Sequence record: OR544956
DNA: 64,000 nt
Direction: 5' to 3' (one strand)
Source: Escherichia phage vB_EcoM_EP57
Shown here: piece after piece, positions 1 through 10,429 of the stretch
Layout: each line of letters starts with the position of its first letter
Numbering within the stretch: position 1 is the stretch's first letter
Position numbers and translations under genes: made by a program
Notes under the pieces: model-generated
Seen by the model: only the letters and a program-made list of their open reading frames with translations
Database searches by the model: none
Told to the model about the DNA's origin: nothing

Positions 1-481
1 CAACAAAGTTGATAAAGCGATAAAGTCTATTCGAATTCTCAACAATACTGTAAGCTTCACAAATGATCGCTGCATTGTCTTCACCAGCTTCAGGGTAAAT
101 AAACTCTTCAGAAGGTTGAGTATTGAATATAGATGTTACTGTATCTGCTCCTACTGTGACCATAACTGTCATTGAGTAATAACGTTGATCCATGTCATAA
201 GCAGATTTATAACTGTTTATTGTATCTATGTAAACGTTTTTGGCAATCTCTGCTAAAAATATTCTGTCTACAATATCTTTCTTTCTAGCAACACCAATAA
301 TCTCTTGTAAGTAAGGAACACCGAAGTTAGTATTTAAAAACCACTCCCCACGATACGTGTTCAGAGTTATCCCAAGAGTTTGTGCTGCAATTTCTGTTCT
401 GGTTGTAGTGAGGACCAAATCCCCATCATCCATGATGAGGTCGTTGTTTGGTCCAAGTTTTAAGTCAAAAGGGATTCCCAT
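1..481 (-). CDS. baseplate wedge protein (gpW/gp25-like), partial: start at 481, 3' end runs off the window
   Basis: ATG at 481..479 one nt after the upstream stop; open frame to position 1 (MGIPFDLKLGPNNDLIMDDGDLVLTT...); position after a gpV-like gene. Confidence 0.4.
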   Translation of the reverse strand, partial: MGIPFDLKLGPNNDLIMDDGDLVLTTTRTEIAAQTLGITLNTYRGEWFLNTNFGVPYLQEIIGVARKKDIVDRIFLAEIAKNVYIDTINSYKSAYDMDQRYYSMTVMVTVGADTVTSIFNTQPSEEFIYPEAGEDNAAIICEAYSIVENSNRLYRFINFV

Positions 482-482
482 G

Positions 483-1217
483 TTAGGCTCCTGTTGGTTT
501 TAAGGACTCGGCACTTGAGTTACCGCTCTGAATGTTACGAACCGTGTGCGTGTGAGTATGGAATCCGATGCCATTACCATCTGTCATCAAACCGTTCTGG
601 TCTATTTTAAGACCATTGATATCTGCCACGCCGCCTTTGAAAGTTAAATTACCACCTTTTAGATCCAAAGTCCCTGTGCCATCTGTAATAGTAATACCAG
701 AGGTGGTAATATCTATTTTCATCCCTTGACTATTCCATATTGAAATATTACCTGTAGGGTCGAAAGAAGCGTACGTGTTTTTGTTATTAGAAATAACTAC
801 CTTTTCAGAATCTACAGCTTCTGTTGAATCTGTTCCTGTAGCTATTTTGGGAATAAAACAAATAGGGTATAATCCACAAGGCTGCATAAAAGTGGATGAT
901 GAAGAGGTTTCTCCACTAGTTTGCAGTGCATTAGAAGGATCTCTTTCAGAAAATATAACAGTTCCTAAATCGCCAGCTTTAATAGGGAATGAGATTCTTC
1001 CTGTCCCACCACCATTAACCATAAAAGGAACATCTTCAAAAGTAGGGTAATCTATTTCATCTTCGCTAGATCGTGTGTTTTTAACAATAGATTCTAAGGT
1101 GACAGTCTTAGCACCATAATTAACGCCAGTCACACGGACTGGCAGGGCTGTATGGACTTCTGCTAATTGTTCTGTCATTAAGCCACGCATTGCTGTGACA
1201 AAATTTAATGCATCCAT
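483..1217 (-). CDS. baseplate spike/assembly protein (gpV-like)
   Basis: ORF track 244 aa; Gly-rich C-terminal half; sits between hub-like and W-like genes. Confidence 0.35.
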   Translation of the reverse strand: MDALNFVTAMRGLMTEQLAEVHTALPVRVTGVNYGAKTVTLESIVKNTRSSEDEIDYPTFEDVPFMVNGGGTGRISFPIKAGDLGTVIFSERDPSNALQTSGETSSSSTFMQPCGLYPICFIPKIATGTDSTEAVDSEKVVISNNKNTYASFDPTGNISIWNSQGMKIDITTSGITITDGTGTLDLKGGNLTFKGGVADINGLKIDQNGLMTDGNGIGFHTHTHTVRNIQSGNSSAESLKPTGA

Positions 1218-2227
1218 TATTTCTCCTTAGTCATTATTTCAGACACAGATACACACTCCACTTCAGTAACCCACTCTTTACCCTCTTTATCACCATTGTG
1301 AGAAACAGAAACAACTTTAAACGGACCATCATAATCTCGGCTTTTTAACCAGATTGTTTTTTCTGGTAATATTGCACCATTCATTTGGCATTTGAATTTA
1401 ACACCATCTGTAGGTTTCTTTGCCTTCTTAGAGGACTTGGTAACTTTTTTAGTAGGTTTTATATCGTTGTGGAATGGTTCTGGACTTCCTATCAGACCAG
1501 TTTCAGGGCTAATGTAGGCGCTACGTGCACTAGACATTTGTGAACGAGGAGTGACATAAACAGATCCATCTTGTATTGACACATTGTGATCAATACTTTT
1601 ACAAATATGTTCTAGGTAATGTGAAGTGTTTCCACACATAGCTGTTGCTGAAGATAAGGTTTGATCATTATCTACGTGTATATTACCTTCTGTAGTTCCT
1701 AAATCCTTTACCAAATCTGTCACAACACGTTTGATTTTAGTTCCTTTTGGATAACTGCGGCTTGTTCTTGCTTCTGCAATGTTAATACCGCCATCCAAAC
1801 AGTGTAAAGTGGTTTTCCTGTCTACCGAGTCAAAAGTATCACTAACCCACTGGATAGTTCCTTTGAAAATCATAACCAACTCTTCACCTTCGTATCCTAC
1901 CGCTAAAGCAACAGCCAAGTTATTTCGGATACCACGGTTTATATAGTTAACAGTATCATCCGAAAGGTTATAAACTACAATCTCTGCTTGGTTAGGATCT
2001 TTGTTATTATCTTTCTTAATACTGAAGGTTATTTGATGGTCTTGCAACAAATACAAATTAGAAGAGGATTTTTCTGTTGTTCCTAACTTGGTATCCAAAT
2101 CTACTGTAGATTTAAATGCCGAGTTCTTAGTTCTCTTCTGTATTGTGTTTGTGGCAGAACCAATTAATAGTTTGTATGCCCTGTTTAAATTAGGGGCAGG
2201 AGCTTTTGTATACTCTCTTTCTGCCAT
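1217..2227 (-). CDS. baseplate hub-like tail protein
   Basis: ORF track 336 aa; start overlaps downstream gene; tail module position. Confidence 0.3.
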   Translation of the reverse strand: MAEREYTKAPAPNLNRAYKLLIGSATNTIQKRTKNSAFKSTVDLDTKLGTTEKSSSNLYLLQDHQITFSIKKDNNKDPNQAEIVVYNLSDDTVNYINRGIRNNLAVALAVGYEGEELVMIFKGTIQWVSDTFDSVDRKTTLHCLDGGINIAEARTSRSYPKGTKIKRVVTDLVKDLGTTEGNIHVDNDQTLSSATAMCGNTSHYLEHICKSIDHNVSIQDGSVYVTPRSQMSSARSAYISPETGLIGSPEPFHNDIKPTKKVTKSSKKAKKPTDGVKFKCQMNGAILPEKTIWLKSRDYDGPFKVVSVSHNGDKEGKEWVTEVECVSVSEIMTKEK

Positions 2228-2236
2228 ATTATCTCC

Positions 2237-2650
2237 TTACGCCTGATTAGGTTTGTTATCAATATAAACCAATACAAAACGTTTATCTCGACCTGTAGTT
2301 GTATACCCAGGACGACCATTAATCTTGACTGTATCTACTATATATAATTGACCATCTGGCACACTTTCAAGATATTTATAAGGTTTAAGAAGATCTAAAC
2401 CATTTGTAACTTTGAAACTTATACTCGGATCATCCCCAGATAATCCCATCTGACATTGCCAAGATTCGTCCCTAGTGTTCCACCTTAAACGAATGTCATA
2501 ATCAACCCCATCCAATGTAACTGTATATGTTTGATCAGGGTACTCTTCAGTTTTCAGATACCATGCAAAATAAGTAGAATGGTCCTCCAGATAAACTGCA
2601 CTGTAGCCTGTATTACTTGTAGACCTTGTTGTTTTAGAATAAGTTGTCAC
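2237..2650 (-). CDS. hypothetical tail protein
   Basis: ORF track 137 aa; tightly packed in tail module. Confidence 0.3.
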   Translation of the reverse strand: MTTYSKTTRSTSNTGYSAVYLEDHSTYFAWYLKTEEYPDQTYTVTLDGVDYDIRLRWNTRDESWQCQMGLSGDDPSISFKVTNGLDLLKPYKYLESVPDGQLYIVDTVKINGRPGYTTTGRDKRFVLVYIDNKPNQA

Positions 2651-2652
2651 TA

Positions 2653-3354
2653 TTAACCTCCGTTGTTTGTTGGGGTATTAGTAGCTTTGGCAGTTCTTAC
2701 TGTAATATCTGACTTAGGACCATCCGAAGAAACTTGACCTTTCACATCACCACCAGTCGATTTATTTGGTGCTGTTTTTACAGCAATAGCATTAGTAGTG
2801 GCCTTAGAAACGAGACGGATTTGTTCGAACTCTAAATCAAATTGCATAGCAAATTCAGATTTATAATCATAAGAGTAGCCTTTGAGAATAACATTTTCAA
2901 AAGTTCTGTGTTCTGTCAAAAGAACTATTGGTTGTCTTGACTCAAATATTTGATCTAGATATTCTATTGCTTGAGAAATCCTTGCACCATTTACACCTGC
3001 ACTGTATAATTGATCTCGCATAAGCCGAATTGGTGTTTCGGTAATTATACCTGAAAGTTTAAATCTGTTGTTTTTTATTTGAACGTGGTCACTTACATCC
3101 GATCCTGATTCTACTGGAAAACTTGTAACATCTGCCTCACGAGTTACACCTATTTCAGGGACTGAATCGAAAGTAATTGCTTTAAAGTTTTGAATGTATT
3201 GATCACTTGAACTATTATAAACACTTGCTAAAATGCAGAAACCATTATCACCCTTTACAGTAGATGCCGAGGTATTTTTATTCTCGGTAGAGTTGATTTC
3301 CTGTTCTGCCTTATAGACGGCTCTCACCGACTGTTGTGGAGTCATTGCTGCCAT
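2653..3354 (-). CDS. hypothetical tail protein
   Basis: ORF track 233 aa; immediately downstream of tape measure gene. Confidence 0.3.
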   Translation of the reverse strand: MAAMTPQQSVRAVYKAEQEINSTENKNTSASTVKGDNGFCILASVYNSSSDQYIQNFKAITFDSVPEIGVTREADVTSFPVESGSDVSDHVQIKNNRFKLSGIITETPIRLMRDQLYSAGVNGARISQAIEYLDQIFESRQPIVLLTEHRTFENVILKGYSYDYKSEFAMQFDLEFEQIRLVSKATTNAIAVKTAPNKSTGGDVKGQVSSDGPKSDITVRTAKATNTPTNNGG

Positions 3355-3450
3355 GATAACCTCGTAGTAATGATAATGCCAAAAGGAAGATGCAAGATCT
3401 TCCCATATTGATTATTGTAACACATATAGAAACTTCGTGTCAAGGGAAAC

Positions 3451-3473
3451 GAAAAAACCCCGCCGAAGCGAGG
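3451..3473 (-). terminator. putative rho-independent terminator downstream of tape measure gene
   Basis: GC hairpin (ccccgcc..cgagg, one mismatch) followed on the minus strand by TTTTTT. Confidence 0.35.
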
Positions 3474-3480
3474 TATTTTA

Positions 3481-5325
3481 TTAACCACCAGTGTTAGATT
3501 GTCCACTTAGAGTTGAAAGAGATAAACGTTGGAAAATGCTATTTCCGCTATTTTGAATTCTTGCATCAAGAATATTTCCAAACTCTGAAGAAGGGCTGAT
3601 CGTAACTTTGATAAGATCACTTGGTATTGCTACCGTATTCTCAACAACAGGTTGATTACGAGCCAAACTTACATTAGGTGTATATGCCGACTGACGTAAA
3701 TCTTCCAGAGGATTACCAAATCCAAAAGCACGTGTCCTTGTTTGTTCTCCTCTCCACATACGACCAATATCTTGTGTATCAATACCTGTTAAATTGTACA
3801 ACCAATCTGCTACAGGATTGCTGTCTCCACTTTGCGTTGCCTCGTATGCTTTTTGTGCTAAAGATTTATTAGGATCTGTGTCTTTAACGTTATCCAACCA
3901 AGAATCATCTTTAGGTAAGGCTTTCACAAAACCCTCTAAGAAGTGGTTCTGCATACCTTGACCTACAAGCTGAACTGTTGCAGCAAAACGAGTAAACTCT
4001 TTAGAAGCATCTATTTGTTCTTGAGTTAATGTTGCACCTGTTCTTTGAAGCATTTTCAATACTTCATTATACCCTTCGCCGTTTTTACTAAACATACGTT
4101 GGTAGTGCATAAGGTCATCACCAAGGTTTTCAAGAAGTCGCCCGATTTGAGCAGAGTTCATACCTCGACGCTCACCTTCATTAACAGTAGCCTGAATAAA
4201 AGCTAAAGGATCGTTCTGTAAAGGTTTAAGCTGTTCTGGATTCCATCCAAACAAGTTCATAATGTCATTTATGCCATTATCACCGCCTTTCCACTTCCCT
4301 TCTTTCTCATTCCATTTTGAGGCTAAAACTGTATTACCAAGACGTTCACGAACGTCTTTAATATTATCTATTGACTTAATAATATTTGCAGAGTCTACAC
4401 CGTTCTGTTCACCCCAAGCTGTCATCGCTAAAATAGAGTTGGCGTTTGTCTGAACGTTTTCAGCGCCACGACTTACAAGTTTAATTCTTTCGTTAGTATT
4501 CATCAACGTGTTACCAACTACAGAACCACCTGCAAACAGCCCAGCACCTATTAAAGAGGATGCAATCATGCGTGGATTAAGACCTGCTGCACCTTCTTTT
4601 AATTGTCCATATCGACGATCACGATCACGTTTTTGTTGAGCTAATTCACGCTTACGGTTGCGTTCTATATCTCTAAGTTCACGATTTCGCATACGTATAC
4701 GCATTTTAGCTTCTGCTTCTAGCTCTCTACGAATACGGCGACGACCGCGAACCTCGTCTTCTATTTCAGCATTCTTTTCACGATGAGATCTGCGTAAGGC
4801 ATCTAACTGGTGAGCAAGAGCTTGGTTCATACGTTGAAGAGTTATTTCACCCTTTTTGTATTGCTCTACAGCTTTACCCATAACGTCCCTAGCTTCTTGC
4901 ATAGCCCCAGGACTGGCTTTACTAAATGCTCTTGCTCTGTAGTTAAAGTTCTGCAAACGAAGATTACCTAAATCTTCCCTACGTGCTGCTGCTTTAGCTT
5001 CGCGTTCAGCAGCTTTACGAGCTTTTTCTTCTTCTCTTCCTTGCGGGGTTTTAGGAGTTCTAGGTCTACCAGATCCGCCTACAGGAGCACCCGCTCCAGC
5101 GGGAGTAGGTGCTCGCATAGGTTTTTGACTTTGAGTTTGAGCTTTCTTAAGTTCACGCTCAATCTCTTTCATTTGTTGTCTAAACTTGGTCATGTTCATA
5201 GTGGGTTGCATTTTATTTGCAAACTTCTGAACACTCAACACGGCATCTTTTGCTTCCTTGAGACTGTTCTTGTCCACCTTAAACGTAACCACGTTACTAA
5301 TTTTGGAGGCGTTAATTTCTAACAA
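3481..5325 (-). CDS. tail tape measure protein
   Basis: 614 aa; long charged coiled-coil region; Gly-rich hydrophobic segment (IASSLIGAGLFAGGSVVG); directly downstream of a frameshifted chaperone pair. Confidence 0.55.
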   Translation of the reverse strand: MLEINASKISNVVTFKVDKNSLKEAKDAVLSVQKFANKMQPTMNMTKFRQQMKEIERELKKAQTQSQKPMRAPTPAGAGAPVGGSGRPRTPKTPQGREEEKARKAAEREAKAAARREDLGNLRLQNFNYRARAFSKASPGAMQEARDVMGKAVEQYKKGEITLQRMNQALAHQLDALRRSHREKNAEIEDEVRGRRRIRRELEAEAKMRIRMRNRELRDIERNRKRELAQQKRDRDRRYGQLKEGAAGLNPRMIASSLIGAGLFAGGSVVGNTLMNTNERIKLVSRGAENVQTNANSILAMTAWGEQNGVDSANIIKSIDNIKDVRERLGNTVLASKWNEKEGKWKGGDNGINDIMNLFGWNPEQLKPLQNDPLAFIQATVNEGERRGMNSAQIGRLLENLGDDLMHYQRMFSKNGEGYNEVLKMLQRTGATLTQEQIDASKEFTRFAATVQLVGQGMQNHFLEGFVKALPKDDSWLDNVKDTDPNKSLAQKAYEATQSGDSNPVADWLYNLTGIDTQDIGRMWRGEQTRTRAFGFGNPLEDLRQSAYTPNVSLARNQPVVENTVAIPSDLIKVTISPSSEFGNILDARIQNSGNSIFQRLSLSTLSGQSNTGG

Positions 5326-5345
5326 AGTATGTTCCTCGTGTTGGA

Positions 5346-6094
5346 TTAAACAAGTTTCTTAAACAAATCTGACATTTTATTTGTCTGGTTTTGATGTTTT
5401 CTCTTTATTGAAGTGTCTTTAACATACATGGCTTCAACATACTCTTCGTATGTTAAATACTCATATAGTTTTAAAAGATAATCTACACCGTAGTTATCCA
5501 ATGTTTTCAGTGTTTCCGAGGTATCTTTAACGACTTTGCAAAGAATAACCTCATACCACTTCAAAGTAAGGGTTTTCGTTGCTGTGTCGATAGCATGTTC
5601 AATCGCAGGTGTTAATTTGCTGCTAAACTCGTCATCGCCTGAAGCTGTGTGAACAGTTTTCCGAAACCTCGTTTGAAAAAAGGGCCGTAGTTTACCTCCA
5701 GAACTTTAGCAGTAAGATCTAACACTAGTTCTGGGTGAGCCATAAATAATTCATCAAAATTTTCTGCAACGTTATAACCGTCTTGAGTATAAACCTCATC
5801 TAAAATTTTACGCAAAAATACAGTTAAATTCTTTTCTTCCAAACCTGCAAAAAGTTGGATCAGTGCCATAGCAATACGTGACTCAAGGTCTTCGTCTGCG
5901 GACATTGTTGCTGTGCTATACATAGTCATAGGAACAACCAGAACACTACCCAATTCTGGAATCCTGTCAAACACTTTAGATGGACTCCACTTCATAATAC
6001 GGAAAGTAACAGATCTGTTTCCATCTAACGGAATCTCAACTACTTCTTCTGGTCGAGCATATTTTTGAATCGTGTTATCTTGTTCTTGTGACAT
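5346..6094 (-). CDS. tail assembly chaperone, -1 frameshift fusion product (GT-like)
   Basis: -1 frame is open from the slippery site (plus 5675..5681) through the 5346..5564 ORF. Confidence 0.45.
5612..6094 (-). CDS. tail assembly chaperone (short, G-like product)
   Basis: 160 aa ORF upstream of tape measure; slippery T_TTT_TTC near its 3' end. Confidence 0.5.
   Translation of the reverse strand: MSQEQDNTIQKYARPEEVVEIPLDGNRSVTFRIMKWSPSKVFDRIPELGSVLVVPMTMYSTATMSADEDLESRIAMALIQLFAGLEEKNLTVFLRKILDEVYTQDGYNVAENFDELFMAHPELVLDLTAKVLEVNYGPFFKRGFGKLFTQLQAMTSLAAN
5675..5681 (-). promoter_or_regulatory. -1 programmed ribosomal frameshift slippery heptamer T_TTT_TTC
   Basis: Minus-strand codons ccT TTT TTC in the zero frame of the chaperone gene. 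Confidence 0.45.
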
Positions 6095-6139
6095 ATTTTC
6101 CTCTCTAATGATAAAAAGGGCATTTCTGCCCTTTATTTA

Positions 6140-6591
6140 TTATTGAATTGTCAGAGCAGAGATTGAGTTAAGGGTGCTCAAACCTACACCAACTTCATTA
6201 CGCAGAAGACTTGCATCTTTAAGACCAATAACCCATTGGTTCTCTGTAATCATTTCGCCAATAGTATCTTCAGGCTGACTTTGAATCCATCCAATCGTGC
6301 TAATGTAATAGCCACGTGGGTCTTCCAAGTAAACACTGAACGCTACTTGACGAGTAGAATACATTGTTTGTGCATATGTTGCAAGCAAGACATTGTGAGT
6401 GTTCCCAAACGGTTACGACTCAAAGCTAGTGAAACGTCGCCATCAGTCCCTGAATAAGGGTTGATAATATCGTTAGATTTAGCAATAACGATTTTAGTAT
6501 CAGCCGCAAAACCCCACGGTTCCCAACCACCTAATGAAAGGATAACTTGAGATGGGTCGTAGGCCATTACGCCAGTAAGCATTTTATCCAT
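6140..6591 (-). CDS. tail tube protein-like gene, reading frame disrupted (ORFs 6343..6591 and 6140..6388)
   Basis: Two overlapping same-strand ORFs; second is in the -1 frame; RBS AAGAGGA before ATG at 6591; position between sheath-like and chaperone genes. Confidence 0.35.
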
Positions 6592-6637
6592 TATAGATCC
6601 TCTTTATTTTGATAACGGGGGCTTAACCCCCGCCGTA

Positions 6638-8011
6638 TTAGTTTGCAGTACGGTTAGTCAGGACGTTGACCTGAACTTTAACGTAATGGAAGAAGCCAGC
6701 GTAAACATATTCAATCTTCATCCCATCGACCAGACGAGCATTGATTTGCGCATCAGTCATATCGGCACGAGAAGGAATATAAACAATAGGTTTCAGATCG
6801 ACACGCAAACCAGTCTCTTCAGAAGTAACAACTTCATTAGCGATGGAACCGTTGAGGATACCTACTTGGATTGGGTTAGCCAGAACAGCTTGTCGAATCA
6901 AAGCCAGACCGTTTGAAGTAGCACGAACACCACCACCCAGCATAGACTGTTGTTTAAACAGTGTAAACAGTGATTCTTCTGTGCGAGCTTTAAACCACAA
7001 AGCATGAACAACATAGTCAACAAAGAAACCGCTAACCATCAATCCATCACGATAGAACAGAGTTCCATGCTCTTTACGATAGATGTTACCGTTCTGTTGA
7101 ACAATATTGTTTTCCGAAGTCTGATCCAGTTTCTCGATCTCTACACCTACCAGTGTTTTACCGTGAAGAGTAGTTAAACCAGGTTGACGAGAACAGATTG
7201 CACCAACAACTGCTGCTTCTGGGAATACAGAATCTGCATCGGTCATCCACAAAGCAAAGCAAGTGTTATTATAACCGAGGTCATTCAGTCGTTCCAGAAC
7301 GTTATCTTCTGCTTTCGTTTTAATTCCAGGTTCAGAACTAGAGAAGAAGTAAACTTTATCATTCTCTTCTACCCATGCAGCCAAAGCTAGAACATCTTCT
7401 GTTTCATGGGAATCTGAAAGGGTCCAGAACCAGCTACTATCAATATCATGCAGAGCAGCGATATCTTCCGTAATAGCATTAGCATAGACAGTTTCTTGAG
7501 TGAAACCTGTGCTGTCAATAGAACCAAACTTACCTTCTACTGGAGTGAAAGTCATTGCAGCGCCGTTGTTAGCTACTGTAAACAGTGGGCCATAAACAAG
7601 ATCTGCATTGATCATTTCAGTCAGACCAACTACAATCTCTTGTGCAGTTGCAGTGTCATCAGCAATGAATTTAAATTCTTTTTTCTTGGTACCATTTTTG
7701 ATGGTAATTGTGTAAGTTGCACTATCTTCTACGATTGGAGTTAGAGTAAAGTTTGTAACTTCACGCTTACCAACCATGACTTGATCTGGTGGGAACAAAC
7801 CGTTAAACAGTTTGACTGCCATAATATACGCTGGATCATTTAATCCATAACCTGCTTCCAAAAGTGCATCGGAAGAAGAGTAATATTGAATCGCTTCGCC
7901 AGTTACGTTCTGACCTGTAAGGATCAGGGGAATATCGAACTGGGTTTCACGAATTGATGTAGCACCATACAGTAAAGTTACGGTTGCTACCTTTTCACGA
8001 AAAGTTGCCAT
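6638..8011 (-). CDS. tail sheath protein-like
   Basis: 457 aa ORF directly upstream of tube-like gene; size and position typical of contractile-tail sheath. Confidence 0.4.
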   Translation of the reverse strand: MATFREKVATVTLLYGATSIRETQFDIPLILTGQNVTGEAIQYYSSSDALLEAGYGLNDPAYIMAVKLFNGLFPPDQVMVGKREVTNFTLTPIVEDSATYTITIKNGTKKKEFKFIADDTATAQEIVVGLTEMINADLVYGPLFTVANNGAAMTFTPVEGKFGSIDSTGFTQETVYANAITEDIAALHDIDSSWFWTLSDSHETEDVLALAAWVEENDKVYFFSSSEPGIKTKAEDNVLERLNDLGYNNTCFALWMTDADSVFPEAAVVGAICSRQPGLTTLHGKTLVGVEIEKLDQTSENNIVQQNGNIYRKEHGTLFYRDGLMVSGFFVDYVVHALWFKARTEESLFTLFKQQSMLGGGVRATSNGLALIRQAVLANPIQVGILNGSIANEVVTSEETGLRVDLKPIVYIPSRADMTDAQINARLVDGMKIEYVYAGFFHYVKVQVNVLTNRTAN

Positions 8012-8045
8012 TTATGCTCCTGTTAGAAACTTAATTCCAATGAGT

Positions 8046-8684
8046 TTATTCGGTAGGGTTGTTAAATAATGATCCATTTTGATTGACTGACGAGTATTCG
8101 CCTGGAACCAAAGTAATTGCATAAACCCTGTTTAGAATTAAATCTAAAGGGATAGGATCATTGTAACTATCTCTGAATGAACGGATGTGCATGTTGATTG
8201 CTTCTATTGGTGTAGTAGCAATATCTTCAATACTCATACGAGTGTTGAACGTCATAACCATACGCGCTCTTAATTCAGTCTTATCTCCGTCTACAATTGT
8301 ATTGGCTTGAGCTATATTGGAGGCTCCTAAAAAACCAAGACCTTTAGAATAGAGATGTTTGTATTTTAATTCCTCTGCACCACGGAGAGCAGCCAGAACA
8401 TAGCTCATCAAAGTGGTAGGTCTTCCACGATAGGCTACAAGTTCAATCTCGTAGGTATTATCCATCTCGTAGGAATACATATCATTTTGAATAGAGCTTC
8501 GGTAAGACCAACCTCCAGAATCGCTGGAAGTGATAATATGTAGTGCTAGGTAAGGAGTATCCGGTTTAATGAATGGCTTATCCATAACATAGACTGGCAA
8601 CCCCACTAATTCTTGAAGGAAGCCACCTATATTTAAGTAGATGGCATTTTCGTATGCTTCTATTTGTTGGTAAATATTAGCCAC
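8046..8684 (-). CDS. hypothetical virion protein
   Basis: ORF track 212 aa; between head and tail genes. Confidence 0.3.
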   Translation of the reverse strand: MANIYQQIEAYENAIYLNIGGFLQELVGLPVYVMDKPFIKPDTPYLALHIITSSDSGGWSYRSSIQNDMYSYEMDNTYEIELVAYRGRPTTLMSYVLAALRGAEELKYKHLYSKGLGFLGASNIAQANTIVDGDKTELRARMVMTFNTRMSIEDIATTPIEAINMHIRSFRDSYNDPIPLDLILNRVYAITLVPGEYSSVNQNGSLFNNPTE

Positions 8685-8780
8685 TGTTCTGTTCCTTGTT
8701 GTAACCCCTTCATTTCTGTTTTAGTCCAGAAACTATATTGAGCCTTAGATCTGTAACCTTCAGGTAGTGCATTCAGTGTT

Positions 8781-8972
8781 TTACCAGATATCGGTTGTAA
8801 GCTTGCCTTCAATGGTAAATGGTTCATATTCTACACTACTTTCTAAGTTAGCAATAACTGAACCAACAGCCTCTTTGTAGACTCGTCTACGACCTTGGTA
8901 TTCAGTTAGATCAAGGAGAGTAAATTGATCTAGTAACACTTGTATCTCCTTTTTAGTATACATCAAAAACAA
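8781..8972 (-). CDS. hypothetical protein
   Basis: ORF track 63 aa. Confidence 0.25.
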   Translation of the reverse strand: MFLMYTKKEIQVLLDQFTLLDLTEYQGRRRVYKEAVGSVIANLESSVEYEPFTIEGKLTTDIW

Positions 8973-8984
8973 AGTTTATGCAAG

Positions 8985-9473
8985 TTATTTTTTAGACTTG
9001 CTTTTTGTGATTTTTGTTTCGATTGCATTTATCATGTGTGCCGTATCTATTAAGATATGATTAGAATAGTTTCCTTTATCTTGTCGTATCTTAATTGTCA
9101 CAGGAGACAAAGGACGATAACGTTGCATTGCAATCGCTTGAGCTATTCCTTCTCTAGAGGCTCTCGCTATAGGCTCAAAAACAGCTAACCCGACATTATT
9201 CATTAAGTAATTTGCAAACACCTGCTTCATCTTTTTAGCGATATCGTTCTGTGAGATAACAGCACCATCTGTTATAAAAGGGCGAGCAGGTATGTTATTT
9301 GTTTCATTACCATATTGTTGAATAGCTGCTATTGCAGGAATAGTGAGATCTGATTCAGGATGCCTTTTGTTTGTTAAAAAACCAGCTTCGATTTGAACTT
9401 GTTCAAGGTCCATCATCTTTTTGATAATGGTTTCCCAATCTGTATCGTCACCTGGTAAGATCTCACTTTCCAT
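8985..9473 (-). CDS. hypothetical head-tail joining protein
   Basis: ORF track 162 aa; start overlaps upstream stop. Confidence 0.3.
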   Translation of the reverse strand: MESEILPGDDTDWETIIKKMMDLEQVQIEAGFLTNKRHPESDLTIPAIAAIQQYGNETNNIPARPFITDGAVISQNDIAKKMKQVFANYLMNNVGLAVFEPIARASREGIAQAIAMQRYRPLSPVTIKIRQDKGNYSNHILIDTAHMINAIETKITKSKSKK

Positions 9474-10021
9474 TATTTGTCCCTACGATAAAAAGAAACA
9501 GGTCCGTAATTTCGCAAATAATTAACGTTGCGTGTATTCCGATCAACACTTGCAACATTACCAAGACCATTTACAGAGTTAGGATCGCTGTTTACTCGAT
9601 CAATCTCACGAGCATCCACACCACCAATAAGAACTTTACTGGTTGCTCCTCGTCCTGCCGTGCACCCAGGGATCACCATAAGACCATTTAAATAGTTATG
9701 ATAGATATCTTCCCACGGAGATTTATAAGTGACTTGACCGTTGTTAAATTTAACTTCAACTTCGACTTCACCCATCTTTTCTCTGCGGGACATAGCCCCT
9801 CCTGTTTGAGTACTGTTGTTAAGAACATCGTTGTTCCATAAATACTCTAAAACAGAAATCAAGCTGTTCCACAATACTGCACACTTATCCTTATCTTCAT
9901 TCCCTATAATATCAATCCAAGTTTGGATGATCTGAATCAGCATTGCGTCTGGCAATACTTCTTGAGAAGGGTTATAAACAAGGATTCGGATCAGTGGTGC
10001 CAACTCTACCGCATTCAGCAT
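9473..10021 (-). CDS. hypothetical head-tail joining protein
   Basis: ORF track 182 aa. Confidence 0.3.
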   Translation of the reverse strand: MLNAVELAPLIRILVYNPSQEVLPDAMLIQIIQTWIDIIGNEDKDKCAVLWNSLISVLEYLWNNDVLNNSTQTGGAMSRREKMGEVEVEVKFNNGQVTYKSPWEDIYHNYLNGLMVIPGCTAGRGATSKVLIGGVDAREIDRVNSDPNSVNGLGNVASVDRNTRNVNYLRNYGPVSFYRRDK

Positions 10022-10030
10022 AAGCCCACC

Positions 10031-10429
10031 TTATTTTTTACGAAGGGAACGTTTTTTAGCTGGAGTGTCTACCGCTTCTACTTTTAAAACTTCTTCTTTG
10101 ATTTTTACAGGCGAATAGTCTTCATAACTTACAAGATAGTAACCCATGTGTTCTTCACTTGCAAAAGGATGCACAAGAATACCTGTTTCTTCTCTCAAAC
10201 GCGTGAGGAAGTGAATGAAGTTTCCACCTAATGCAATACGACCATCTTTCAGATAGAAAGACATTGGTGGCGCAGATACTAATGTTTTATCAGCATCAAT
10301 CAGTGGTGAAAGCGATTCGAAATCACGAATCATTTCGTGATAACTAAAGTAACGTTTCAATTCTGGGTTTGACATATCAATCTCCTCATTGTAAACTCTT
10401 ATTGTAAACAGAAAAGGCTCGCCCATCAC
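10031..10429 (-). CDS. hypothetical head-tail adaptor protein
   Basis: ORF track 132 aa; first gene after capsid gene terminator. Confidence 0.3.
   Translation of the reverse strand: MMGEPFLFTIRVYNEEIDMSNPELKRYFSYHEMIRDFESLSPLIDADKTLVSAPPMSFYLKDGRIALGGNFIHFLTRLREETGILVHPFASEEHMGYYLVSYEDYSPVKIKEEVLKVEAVDTPAKKRSLRKK

Noticed and set aside
6400-6420. T_TTG_GGA in the tube gene as a programmed -1 frameshift site
   Set aside because: It has the X_XXY_YYZ form but GGG A-site slippage is not a typical efficient shift site; kept only as an alternative within the frame-break finding.
6615-6636. GC hairpin cggggg-cttaa-cccccg between sheath and tube genes as a terminator
   Set aside because: No T-run follows on either strand; more likely an RNA stability or processing hairpin, and it precedes the tube gene RBS.
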